From a virus, in UHGV virus genome UHGV-0247568: a stretch of 64,000 nt of DNA; one strand, 5' to 3'. The position numbers and the translations under genes were made by a program. The notes below the pieces were generated by a model, which was not told where the DNA came from, made no database searches, and saw only the letters and a program-made list of their open reading frames with translations. This document shows, one piece after another, positions 55,786 through 64,000 of this stretch (positions within the stretch are counted from its first letter, which is position 1; the number at the start of each line of letters is the position of its first letter).

Positions 55786-55814
55786 TTTACAAATACCCAT
55801 TTTTGGTATATAAT
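55786..55814 (+). promoter_or_regulatory. class-A-like promoter; -35 in the 3' arm of hairpin aatgggtattttgtaaa/tttacaaatacccatt
   Basis: TTTACA 55786-55791, TATAAT 55809-55814. Confidence 0.6.
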
Positions 55815-55850
55815 AAATATATAAATAAATAAAAGAAAGTAGGAATTACA

Positions 55851-56063
55851 ATGAAAAAATTTGAAGATAATCCATTTAACTTTATCGAAGATGGAATTTT
55901 TATTGAGCCAATTAAAAATCCATTTTCATGTGAAGCAGCATATGAAGAAGCTTGCTCTCACGTATTAGGTATTATTAAAGTAAATGAAGAAGTTGGTAAT
56001 GATGTGACAGTTGAAAAACAAATGATGTCATGGTTAGACAAATTATCATATGAATATATTTAA
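55851..56063 (+). CDS. hypothetical protein (70 aa)
   Basis: ORF behind the class-A leader. Confidence 0.4.
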   Translation: MKKFEDNPFNFIEDGIFIEPIKNPFSCEAAYEEACSHVLGIIKVNEEVGNDVTVEKQMMSWLDKLSYEYI

Positions 56064-56077
56064 AGGAGGAAATTATA

Positions 56078-56452
56078 ATGGAATTTATTGGTGGAGAAGA
56101 AGTAACACAAGAGCAGCTTGAAGTATTTTTTAATAAACACAATATTGGAGAACCGGGTGATAGAGCGATTTATTGGAGAGCAAAATCACAAATTAAAGAT
56201 TTTGATGAACGAATTGCTGATTATTTATATCAAATTAGTTTTTTAGAAAAGAAATATAGTGAAATGAAACAACGAAAAATTGAACAAGAAAATGATGATA
56301 AAATGGCTAAAATGAATTGTGAAGATGAGTGTAAACGATTAAATAAACAAATTTATGCTTATAAAAAATTAGTATATGTCACTTCTATGCTTAAAGACAC
56401 TTATAAAAAAGATTTAGACATTAGTTTACATTTAGACGATATAGTGATATAA
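56078..56452 (+). CDS. hypothetical protein (124 aa)
   Basis: RBS aaggaggaaatt. Confidence 0.45.
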   Translation: MEFIGGEEVTQEQLEVFFNKHNIGEPGDRAIYWRAKSQIKDFDERIADYLYQISFLEKKYSEMKQRKIEQENDDKMAKMNCEDECKRLNKQIYAYKKLVYVTSMLKDTYKKDLDISLHLDDIVI

Positions 56453-56453
56453 T
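56425..56453 (+). promoter_or_regulatory. class-B promoter inside the 3' end of the preceding CDS
   Basis: TTTACA 56425-56430, TATAAT 56448-56453. Confidence 0.45.
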
Positions 56454-56485
56454 ATAATTATAAAATTTTATAAGGAGTTGAGTGA

Positions 56486-56989
56486 ATGGCAAGATTAGTC
56501 AAATGTTATGGCGAAGCATGTGAGAGTATTGGAAAAAAATGGGAAAAAGATATGTTAGTAAAATATAAAAATAAAAATTATTGTCCACAATGTGCAGAAA
56601 TTGAAAAGAAAAATGATGACGATCGTCAATTGTTATATAGTTTAATTTCTGAATTATATCAAATTCCATTTCCAAATGGTTTGATGCTTCGTCAAATTAA
56701 ACAATTCAAAGAACAGAGAAAATATTCATATGAAAATATTCGTAAAGCATTATTATATGCAAACTATGTTCAACATGTAAAATTTAGTCCAAAATATGGA
56801 TTAGGATTAGTTCCATATGTTATTGATGAAGCAATTCGTTATCATGATGACCAAGTGAAAAAAGCCAAAGAAATGGAAGGTAAACAAGTGGTCACAACGA
56901 AGACAACGGTTCGTAAAAATTTTAACTCTTATGATAGAGATGAAAAAATGAAAAAGAAAATGATTGATTTGGAGGATATTAAATTATGA
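56486..56989 (+). CDS. zinc-finger protein (167 aa; CxxC…CxxC at the N-terminus)
   Basis: KCYGEACESIGKKWE…YCPQCAE. Confidence 0.4.
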   Translation: MARLVKCYGEACESIGKKWEKDMLVKYKNKNYCPQCAEIEKKNDDDRQLLYSLISELYQIPFPNGLMLRQIKQFKEQRKYSYENIRKALLYANYVQHVKFSPKYGLGLVPYVIDEAIRYHDDQVKKAKEMEGKQVVTTKTTVRKNFNSYDRDEKMKKKMIDLEDIKL

Positions 56990-58566
56990 GCACCATGGAG
57001 TTAACATTAAATCCGACAAGAGCGATTTACAATTTTTTTGGCTCTGTAATGAAATCACCTGATATTTTGAAAGCGCCTGAAATTATTTTAGGTGATCGTG
57101 ATTTTGTTCAATCATTTCATAAAATTGTATATGCAGCATTAAATAACATTATTTTTAGTAATAGAGATAATATTAGTGATATTAGTCCAATTGATGTAGA
57201 TAATTATCTTGCAAAATATCCAAATTATTATCGAGTTTGGGAAGAGAATAATGGTGTTGAATATTTAAATAATGCGAAACAAGTTTCAAACACTCAAATT
57301 GCAAATAAAGATTATGAAACAATTAAAAAATTTAGTTTATTGAGAAATTATGTTGAAAATGGTATTGATGTTTCAGATATTTATGAATATGATAGCAATG
57401 ACTTAGGTGCATTAACAGAAAGTAATAAAGTATTAGAAAATACAAGCATTAATGAAATTATTGAACATTTTACACAAAAAGCAATTGAAATTCGCAACGA
57501 GTGGAATGTTGACGATGGAAAAGTTAAAGACTTTAAAGCCGGTGATGATTTAGATGGACTTTTAGATCGTTTAGTTGAGAATCCAGATTTAGGTTTTCCA
57601 TTTCAAAATTTAATGTATAATACACTTTTTCGTGGAATGCGTAAAGAGAAGTTTATGTTGAGATCGGGTGCAACGGGAACTGGTAAAACTCGTCAAGCTA
57701 TAAGAGATATGGTATCAATTGCTTGTGATAAAATTTGGGTCACAGGATTAGGTTGGAAAAGTCTGGGTCCTTCGTTTCCAGCATTGTTTATATCAACCGA
57801 AATTGAACAAGAAGAATTACAAACAATTATGTTGGCATATTTAACCGGAATTCCGGACTCTGATATTAAAAATGGTAACTATGATTCGGCAACACGTAAG
57901 AGATTAGAAGAGGCAATTGAGATTTTGAAGAAAGCGCCTTTATTCATGACTTACATTGAGGACTTCTCAATCAGCGATATTGAAATGAAAATTGAAGAGT
58001 ATATTGTTAAAGAAAACGTACAATATGTTGCATTTGACTACGTTCAAATGACACCAAAATTGAGTAAAACAATGAACGATAATTTTGGAACAACTTTACG
58101 TGAAGATCAAATTTTAGTTCATTTTTCGTCAGCATTAAAAGGTATTGCTGGTCGTTATGGAATTTTTCTTGAAAGTAGTACACAATTAAATAGAGGTAGT
58201 AAAGAAATCGAAAATCGTGATGCGTCTTCACTTCGTGGAGGTTTAGCGACAGCTGATAAGGTCGATTATGGTATTTTAACATTTAAAGTTTCTCAGAAAG
58301 AAAAAGATGGATTAAAACATATTTTGCAGCAAGGTTTTGGTGGAGATATTCAAAAAACACCGGATTTTTCACATTGGGTTTATAAAAATCGTGCTGGTTT
58401 GGACCATGTTGTAATTTGGACAAAAATGAATTTGGGAACAATGCGTGAAGAAGTATTATTTGTAACTGATTATGATTTTAATTTAATTGAGATAAATGGA
58501 ACTGAAATTGAATTTGAAAGTGTTGATACAATGCCAGAAGAAATTGAAAATGTTCCAGTGTTTTAG
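56986..58566 (+). CDS. DnaB-like replicative DNA helicase
   Basis: C-terminal RecA-fold motifs SGATGTGKT (H1/Walker A), ISTEI (H1a), FDYVQM (H2/Walker B) and LESSTQLNRG (H4 QLNR). 526 aa. Confidence 0.7.
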   Translation: MSTMELTLNPTRAIYNFFGSVMKSPDILKAPEIILGDRDFVQSFHKIVYAALNNIIFSNRDNISDISPIDVDNYLAKYPNYYRVWEENNGVEYLNNAKQVSNTQIANKDYETIKKFSLLRNYVENGIDVSDIYEYDSNDLGALTESNKVLENTSINEIIEHFTQKAIEIRNEWNVDDGKVKDFKAGDDLDGLLDRLVENPDLGFPFQNLMYNTLFRGMRKEKFMLRSGATGTGKTRQAIRDMVSIACDKIWVTGLGWKSLGPSFPALFISTEIEQEELQTIMLAYLTGIPDSDIKNGNYDSATRKRLEEAIEILKKAPLFMTYIEDFSISDIEMKIEEYIVKENVQYVAFDYVQMTPKLSKTMNDNFGTTLREDQILVHFSSALKGIAGRYGIFLESSTQLNRGSKEIENRDASSLRGGLATADKVDYGILTFKVSQKEKDGLKHILQQGFGGDIQKTPDFSHWVYKNRAGLDHVVIWTKMNLGTMREEVLFVTDYDFNLIEINGTEIEFESVDTMPEEIENVPVF

Positions 58567-58578
58567 AGGTGAAATAAT

Positions 58579-59184
58579 GTGAAATTGAAACAAAATAAAT
58601 TTTACGTATATGAGCACTGGTATAATGGTCAATGTTTTTATGTAGGAAGTGGTAAATATAGAAGAGCATATGATTGGCGAAGAGAAGGAAGAAGAAGCAA
58701 GGAATGGTATGATTTTTGTAAAAAAGATTATGATAATTTAGTGGTTAAAATAATTGGTGAATTTGACACAAGCGCTGAAGCCATTGAATTTGAAAAAGCT
58801 TTAACTATTTACAATGATTATATTTTAAAAATGCCACTTGTTAATTTGGGAACTGGAAATTCTTTTTATGGAAAAGCAAATTCAATGTATGGAAAAAATG
58901 TAAAAAACTATATGGATTATGATAAATGGTTATTAAAAAATAAAAAACAAGGAGAAAAAATTTCTGGAGAAAAACACCCAAAAGCTAAAAAGATCATTGC
59001 AACAAATATTATATCAGGCGAAAAAATATGCTTTAACACTAAGAAAAATTGTGCCGAATATTTTAAAGGACAATTTTCATGGCTAAGTATAGAAAAACAT
59101 GTTCGTGGTGAAAAAGTGATAAAAATAGATAATAGTGAATGGAGATTCAGTGAAATGGCAGGTGAAAAACACTGTGAATGCTAA
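58579..59184 (+). CDS. GIY-YIG homing endonuclease (Seg/I-TevI-like) inserted between the helicase and primase genes
   Basis: KFYVYEHWYNGQCFYVGSGKYRRAYDW GIY-YIG core. NUMOD3-like repeats NSFYGKANSMYGK and GEKHPKAKK. Confidence 0.75.
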   Translation: MKLKQNKFYVYEHWYNGQCFYVGSGKYRRAYDWRREGRRSKEWYDFCKKDYDNLVVKIIGEFDTSAEAIEFEKALTIYNDYILKMPLVNLGTGNSFYGKANSMYGKNVKNYMDYDKWLLKNKKQGEKISGEKHPKAKKIIATNIISGEKICFNTKKNCAEYFKGQFSWLSIEKHVRGEKVIKIDNSEWRFSEMAGEKHCEC

Positions 59185-60224
59185 AAAAGTTGTTGAAATG
59201 TTAAATGACCGAGACGTATTTGATTTGTTAGAAGAATTAGAAGCGCAACCAATTGATAGAGGAAATACAATCGATGCATTAACGGTGTGTCATCGGTGGA
59301 CATAAACATAAACTGACTTATTACAAAGAAAGTAAATCATTTCAATGTTGGACAAATTGCGGCCATATGTCGATATTCGATATGGTCGCAAAAGTTATTG
59401 ATGGTGAATTTATAGATGCTTTAAAATTTATAGTAAAAAAATATAATTTACAAGATAATAATTATCAAGTTGGTTTTACATTTGAAAAAGTAGAAGATCC
59501 GGGTAAAAAATTATTAGAAAAAATGAAAGGAGTAGAAATGCCAACTTTCATAAAGTTAAACTCGGATATTTTAAAAGACTTTTATCCATTTTATCACCAA
59601 CTTTGGATAAATGATGGAATTTCTATAGAATCAATGAAAAAATATAGAATTAAATATTCCATTGAGAATAATCAAATAATTATTCCGCACTTTGATAAAA
59701 ATGGAAATTTAATTGGAGTTCGTGCTCGTAATTTAAACAAAAAAGAAGTGGATGAAGGTAAAAAATATATGCCAATATTCCATGGTGGTAAAGTTTTAAA
59801 ACATATGACTGGAGCAAATTTATACGGTCTTTATGAAAACAGAGAAAATATTGAAAAAGATAAAAAATTAATATTGTTTGAATCAGAAAAAAGTGTTTTA
59901 CAATTAAACAGTATGTTACCAGATCATTCAATTGGTGTATGTGTTTCAGGCTCTTCATTAACACAATATCAACTTGAATTAATCAAGGAACTTAATATAG
60001 ATGAAGTAATTATTGGTGTTGATAAAGAATTCAGTGAAGTTGGAACAGAAAAAGAGAAAATATATGCTGAAAAAATATTAAGAGTTTTTAAGAGAAAATT
60101 AGCACCATATGTAAGAGTGTCAGTTTTATGGGATTTGGAAAACGACATTGAGGAAAAAGATAGTCCCACTGATAAAGGAAAAGAAATATTTTTAAAATTA
60201 TTTAAAAATAGAATATATATTTAG
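59174..60224 (+). CDS. DnaG-like DNA primase (CHC2 zinc-binding domain plus TOPRIM). As sequenced it is broken by a frameshift at the (GT)3 tract 59285-59290
   Basis: N-terminal part in frame 2 (GTG 59174 after RBS aggtga: VNAKKVVEMLNDRDVFDLLEELEAQPIDRGNTIDALTVCHRWT*). Continuation in frame 3 from 59283 (C-VIGG-HKHKLTYYKESKSFQ-C-WTN-C-GH, zinc-finger spacing like DnaG). TOPRIM motifs ILFESEKS and VIIGVDKEF downstream. Adding one GT unit or deleting 1 nt restores a single ORF. Confidence 0.6.
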
Positions 60225-60231
60225 GAGAGAT

Positions 60232-62061
60232 TTGATGGAATTCACAGAGAAAAATTTGTTTAACCCAGGAAAAAATTCGTTCGTTGAGGATGTGTTAGCA
60301 CTCCATGGAGTTAATCCAGAAATGTTTTTAAATGGAAAAGACCACGAAGATGAAATTACTTCAAAACCGAGTTTATATTTCAATATGTTTAAAGCTGCTA
60401 ATCTGGTGCGAAAACATATTGGAACAAATTCGTCAATTGGAATTTTAGTGGATGATGATGCTGATGGAATGACTTCTGCCGCGGCAATGGCACGTGTGTT
60501 ATTTAAGAGGGGACACCATGGAGCGAAATTTATTTTTCATGATGAGAAAGGACATGGACTCCATGGAGAAGTTGAAAAAATCATTGAGCAAAAAATTGAC
60601 TTCTTAATTGTGCCCGATGCAGGCTCTAATGATTTTAAAGAACAAGAAGAAATATTAGAAGCTGGGATTGACTTATTAATTTTAGACCACCATGGAGTAG
60701 ATAATGAAAAACCAATTTTAGAATTGGAAGCATTATACAATGGTTATGCATTAGTAAATAATCAATTATCTTATAACACAAAAGGTGTTAATAAACAGCT
60801 TGTTGGAGCAGGAATGGTTTATAAATTTGCTCAAACTTTAGATGCTGAATTTGGAACTGATGAATTTTCAAAAGATATTATTGATTTAGTAGCAGTTGGA
60901 CAAATTGGTGATGCAAGTGATGTATCAGATTTAGAAATTCAATTAATTATTCGTGAAGGATTAGATAATTTAAAAAATCCACTGTTAGTAGAAGCATTAA
61001 GAAACCGTATTGTAAAAGGTCAAAAAATTGCACCTATCAATATGTCGTTTGATATTATTCCATATATTAATGCTGTTACACGTGTTGGAAAAATGGATGA
61101 AAAAATCGAATTAATGAAAGGACTAATTGGTTTTTGGCCAGCTGATGAAACGGTTATCATTCAAAAGAGAAGAAAAAACAAACTAACAAACAAATTTGAA
61201 ATTCGTGAAGAACCATGGACTCACTATGGAATCTTAATGGATAATTTATCAAAAATTAAAAATAGACAAAACAAAGAAATTGATAAAGTTCTCAAAAAAA
61301 TTGAGGATCCTTATAATGAAAATATTGTTATCGCGGCCCTCAATGAAGATGAGATCGAATATCGATCAATCACTGGGTTAATTGCTAATAAATTGGTTTC
61401 TCAATATAATAAACCAGCACTTGTATTAATTTCTGAAGAAAAAGGAACAAAATTTAGTGGTTCAGCTCGTGGACATGAAAAAACTGTTTCTTCATTCAGA
61501 CAATGGTGTTTAAGCACTGAACTATTTGAATTGGCGCAAGGACATGATAATGCATTTGGTGTTATTATTGATGAACTAAAATTAGAAGAATTAATGCAAA
61601 ATGGAACTTTAGAAACAGAAGTAAATCAAGTGACATATGAAGTTAACAAAATCTATGAAAATGAAACAAACATTGAGGAAATCAAAATGATTAACGACAA
61701 TGCGTGGATTTTCGGTGGCTCCATGGCGGCACCGAAATTTGGTTATAAAAACTTAGTGATTGGTCGCAATTGTGTATCACAAAGAGGTTCTGTGGTTACG
61801 TTTTTCGACCATGGTTTAGAGTTTATTATGTATAAACAACCAGCTGGTTTAGTTGATTCATTTTTAGAAAAAATGGGCTTTGAACAAAAATTAGTAGTAA
61901 ATTTAGTTGGGCACGCTAGTAGAAATGAATGGAATGGAAGAGTAAAAGAACAAGTGGTTTTAGATGATTTTGAAATGATGACATTAGCAGAAAGTGGAAT
62001 TGAAGATAAGGCACCAACTTTCGATCCTAACTTTGATGATGATGGAAATTTAGTTTTTTAA
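60232..62061 (+). CDS. DHH/DHHA1 phosphoesterase, RecJ-like single-strand DNA exonuclease
   Basis: DHH motifs ILVDDDADG (I), HGL/HHG (II) and LILDHHG (III, DHH). A downstream GSARGHEKT GGGH-like DHHA1 motif. 609 aa. Confidence 0.7.
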   Translation: MMEFTEKNLFNPGKNSFVEDVLALHGVNPEMFLNGKDHEDEITSKPSLYFNMFKAANLVRKHIGTNSSIGILVDDDADGMTSAAAMARVLFKRGHHGAKFIFHDEKGHGLHGEVEKIIEQKIDFLIVPDAGSNDFKEQEEILEAGIDLLILDHHGVDNEKPILELEALYNGYALVNNQLSYNTKGVNKQLVGAGMVYKFAQTLDAEFGTDEFSKDIIDLVAVGQIGDASDVSDLEIQLIIREGLDNLKNPLLVEALRNRIVKGQKIAPINMSFDIIPYINAVTRVGKMDEKIELMKGLIGFWPADETVIIQKRRKNKLTNKFEIREEPWTHYGILMDNLSKIKNRQNKEIDKVLKKIEDPYNENIVIAALNEDEIEYRSITGLIANKLVSQYNKPALVLISEEKGTKFSGSARGHEKTVSSFRQWCLSTELFELAQGHDNAFGVIIDELKLEELMQNGTLETEVNQVTYEVNKIYENETNIEEIKMINDNAWIFGGSMAAPKFGYKNLVIGRNCVSQRGSVVTFFDHGLEFIMYKQPAGLVDSFLEKMGFEQKLVVNLVGHASRNEWNGRVKEQVVLDDFEMMTLAESGIEDKAPTFDPNFDDDGNLVF

Positions 62062-62082
62062 TAAAAAATGTGGAGAATGTTG

Positions 62083-62110
62083 TTTACATTCTCCATTTTT
62101 ATGATATAAT
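62083..62110 (+). promoter_or_regulatory. class-B promoter (N16) inside terminator hairpin tggagaatgt…acattctcca
   Basis: TTTACA 62083-62088, TATAAT 62105-62110. T-run after the stem. Confidence 0.55.
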
Positions 62111-62148
62111 ATAAATATAAATAAAAAAAAAGAAAGTAGGAAATTATT

Positions 62149-62751
62149 ATGGCAAAAGTAAAATATTCAAAATACGATGTGTATGACTTTTTGGATTCTA
62201 AGAAAGCAGAAATTTTAGAGAAAAAATTGGCTCCACTGTACAAAATTAGAGATGAAATTAAGTATGAAGGAATTAAAACTAAATATTCAAAAATTAATAT
62301 TGAAAAATTAAATGAAAAAATTAGCGAATTAAATGGAATGTTGTCCGATATTGATTTTGAATATTCAGCATATTCTTCAAAATTATATGGCTTATATGTA
62401 ACAACAGGCAATATGAAGGATAAAATTCTCAAAAAAGGATTAGAGAAAGCAGTTGCAGATGATGTATCATGCACAGTACTATTACATGAACTTCCAGATT
62501 ATAACCAAGCAGAAGATAATATTCACCAAACTAGAGGTGAAATTGTAGAAGAATTTCAAAAATTAGATAGAATGGTTAAAAGCTGTAAAGATGGAGCTCA
62601 AGCTGTTTTACAATTAAATAAATTAGGCTTCGACACTTCAACAATTAAACCTTCAAGTGGAAGTAATGAACTATTAGTTTTAAATATTAATAATGATTTA
62701 TTGGGCTTACCAGAAGAAAGCTCCGACGTTGCAGAAAACTCAGAGTTCTAA
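62149..62751 (+). CDS. hypothetical protein (200 aa)
   Basis: ORF behind the class-B leader (agaaagtaggaaattatt). Confidence 0.45.
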   Translation: MAKVKYSKYDVYDFLDSKKAEILEKKLAPLYKIRDEIKYEGIKTKYSKINIEKLNEKISELNGMLSDIDFEYSAYSSKLYGLYVTTGNMKDKILKKGLEKAVADDVSCTVLLHELPDYNQAEDNIHQTRGEIVEEFQKLDRMVKSCKDGAQAVLQLNKLGFDTSTIKPSSGSNELLVLNINNDLLGLPEESSDVAENSEF

Positions 62752-62765
62752 TGGAGGTATCTTAA

Positions 62766-63149
62766 ATGGATAATAATAAAATTGAAGATAGTAAAGTGGA
62801 GAAAATAATTGATTTAATTGAATCGTTATTAATTGTTAGTGAAATTAATGAAGAAACAGAAGTGTGGATTGAAACACTAACTCCTTCGCATGGGCAGTGC
62901 CACTTACCAGTTACTGGTCTCTCCATGGACGGCGAAAATGATCTCTTTTTACTATTAGATATTGATAAAGACCATGGTGTTAAAGTTCCACAATTACTTG
63001 AATATTTACAAAAATATACTGATGAGAATGAAGTAGAAGAATTATGGTATTGGAGTGGAATTAACGAACCTTTTACAGTTGATTCATATTATATTATGGA
63101 AGATAACACTTTAGTTTTTAGTGATTATAATGGTGAACGCGATGAATAG
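62766..63149 (+). CDS. hypothetical acidic protein (127 aa)
   Basis: RBS aatggaggtat. Confidence 0.45.
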   Translation: MDNNKIEDSKVEKIIDLIESLLIVSEINEETEVWIETLTPSHGQCHLPVTGLSMDGENDLFLLLDIDKDHGVKVPQLLEYLQKYTDENEVEELWYWSGINEPFTVDSYYIMEDNTLVFSDYNGERDE

Positions 63150-63612
63150 AAGAATTGAAGGTCCATTAAAACATATTATTGATGATAAAAATAGGTATCT
63201 TGCACGAGATGTAAATTTTGTTCCAAAATTAAAAGATGAATTAACTAAGACATTTAGGTTGCTTTGTGATGGTGATGATAATGTTAGATTAGTTTATGAT
63301 ACTCATTTTAAACAATCATATATTTTTCATGCTCGAAAAGATGGGAATTTAATTTTTCCAATATTAGGTTTTTCTTTACAACCAAAGGAAGACGAAGTGT
63401 TCCAAACTGTTTTTGCCCCATATAAAATAAAAGATAATTATAATATATATATCGTTGTCCATATTTTTGGAGAAGAAATATATAATCTATCCATTAATCA
63501 AATATCAGTTTACTGTAATGAGAAAAATGAAGAAATACCACAAGAAATTACATTCTTAAATGGTAAAACAAGAAAATTTAATCAATATCATAGACTATTA
63601 GATTTATTTTAA
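63121..63612 (+). CDS. hypothetical protein (163 aa)
   Basis: ORF overlapping the upstream stop. Confidence 0.45.
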   Translation: MIIMVNAMNRRIEGPLKHIIDDKNRYLARDVNFVPKLKDELTKTFRLLCDGDDNVRLVYDTHFKQSYIFHARKDGNLIFPILGFSLQPKEDEVFQTVFAPYKIKDNYNIYIVVHIFGEEIYNLSINQISVYCNEKNEEIPQEITFLNGKTRKFNQYHRLLDLF

Positions 63613-63708
63613 AAAAATGAGATTTTGTGCAATTTTTTATGTACAAAGTCTCATTTTTTATGTATAATAAATATATAATAAATAAACAAATAGAAAAGAG
63701 GTAAGAAA

Positions 63709-63837
63709 ATGCTGAACGAGCAACAACCTTTAACTATAGAAGAAGAAATTGAATTACAAATTCAATCCGTTGAATTGATAATGGAAATTGAAGAAATAAT
63801 TGATAAAAATGGAAAAATTTATGGAAAAACTTTATAA
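63709..63837 (+). CDS. very small ORF (42 aa) behind a class-A-like cassette (TGTACA variant -35)
   Basis: Conserved leader and RBS aaaagaggtaagaaa. Speculative. Confidence 0.25.
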   Translation: MLNEQQPLTIEEEIELQIQSVELIMEIEEIIDKNGKIYGKTL

Positions 63838-63843
63838 AAACTG

Positions 63844-63872
63844 TTTACAAAATAGAAAAGTTAATGTATAAT
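63844..63872 (+). promoter_or_regulatory. class-A promoter with conserved leader
   Basis: TTTACA 63844-63849, TATAAT 63867-63872. Leader …cagaaagtaggaaataaca. Confidence 0.7.
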
Positions 63873-63920
63873 AAATATATAATAAATAAACAAAACAAAA
63901 ACAGAAAGTAGGAAATAACA

Positions 63921-64000
63921 ATGATGAAAAATTTAGAAAAATTCAATTTAAACGCAGGAGATAAAGTATTAATGGACGGCGATGTATATTTAATCTTAGA
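63921..64000 (+). CDS. hypothetical protein, 3' end outside the window
   Basis: ATGATG after the class-A leader. Open to the window end. Confidence 0.3.
   Translation, partial: MMKNLEKFNLNAGDKVLMDGDVYLIL

Noticed and set aside
1-64000. CRISPR arrays, IS elements or transposons, rRNA
   Set aside because: No regularly spaced identical direct repeats with unique spacers, no transposase-like ORFs or terminal inverted repeats, and no rRNA-like sequence were seen anywhere in the window.

Overview
This window looks like most of a phage genome from a low-GC Firmicutes host, probably a Lactobacillales siphovirus (about 33% GC, circularly permuted or larger than the window). Family calls are from motif reading only; nothing could be searched or folded.

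Layout:
- A minus-strand block (5887..32046) runs integrase, secreted amidase endolysin and holin, two BppU-like receptor-binding proteins, Tal, Dit, a 1272-aa tape measure, chaperones, major tail protein, head-tail connectors, an embedded GT-A glycosyltransferase, HK97-type capsid, protease/scaffold, portal, TerL, a tRNA-Trp, P27-family TerS, a GIY-YIG homing endonuclease and an HNH endonuclease.
- Flanking plus-strand blocks (1..5841 and 32191..64000) carry many small early genes, each behind a near-consensus sigma-70 promoter with a conserved leader.
- The right block also holds a replication and nucleotide-salvage module: two SF1 helicases, ATP-dependent DNA ligase, DnaB-like helicase, DnaG-like primase, RecJ-like DHH exonuclease, SSB-like and RecA-like (AAA_24) proteins, LOG-family protein, nucleoside 2-deoxyribosyltransferase, deoxynucleoside kinase, PnuC, NrdH, a sigma-like regulator, and HNH plus GIY-YIG endonucleases.

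Main observations from the hunt:
1. A candidate virion glycosylation module. A GT8-like glycosyltransferase sits between capsid and connector genes. The major tail protein has an in-frame poly-Thr C-terminal tail, and a very similar poly-Thr stretch lies in the -1 frame just after the capsid stop, reachable only by a -1 shift at A_AAG-UAA.
2. The palindrome CCATGG, usually extended to CCATGGAG, occurs about 38 times in the plus-strand blocks and once in the 25-kb minus-strand block, against roughly 5 expected by composition.
3. At least 23 copies of a stereotyped terminator-hairpin/promoter/leader cassette, where the -35 TTTACA lies inside the 3' arm of the upstream terminator hairpin.
4. Both genes lying immediately downstream of GIY-YIG endonucleases are frame-broken: terS at a CCC run (CCC-UAG context) and the primase at a (GT)3 repeat.
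5. A 1.4-kb ORF-free region (33200..34586) with a GC-rich structured element, iterons and twin palindromes capped by GCGAAGC mini-hairpins, a candidate origin or packaging region.
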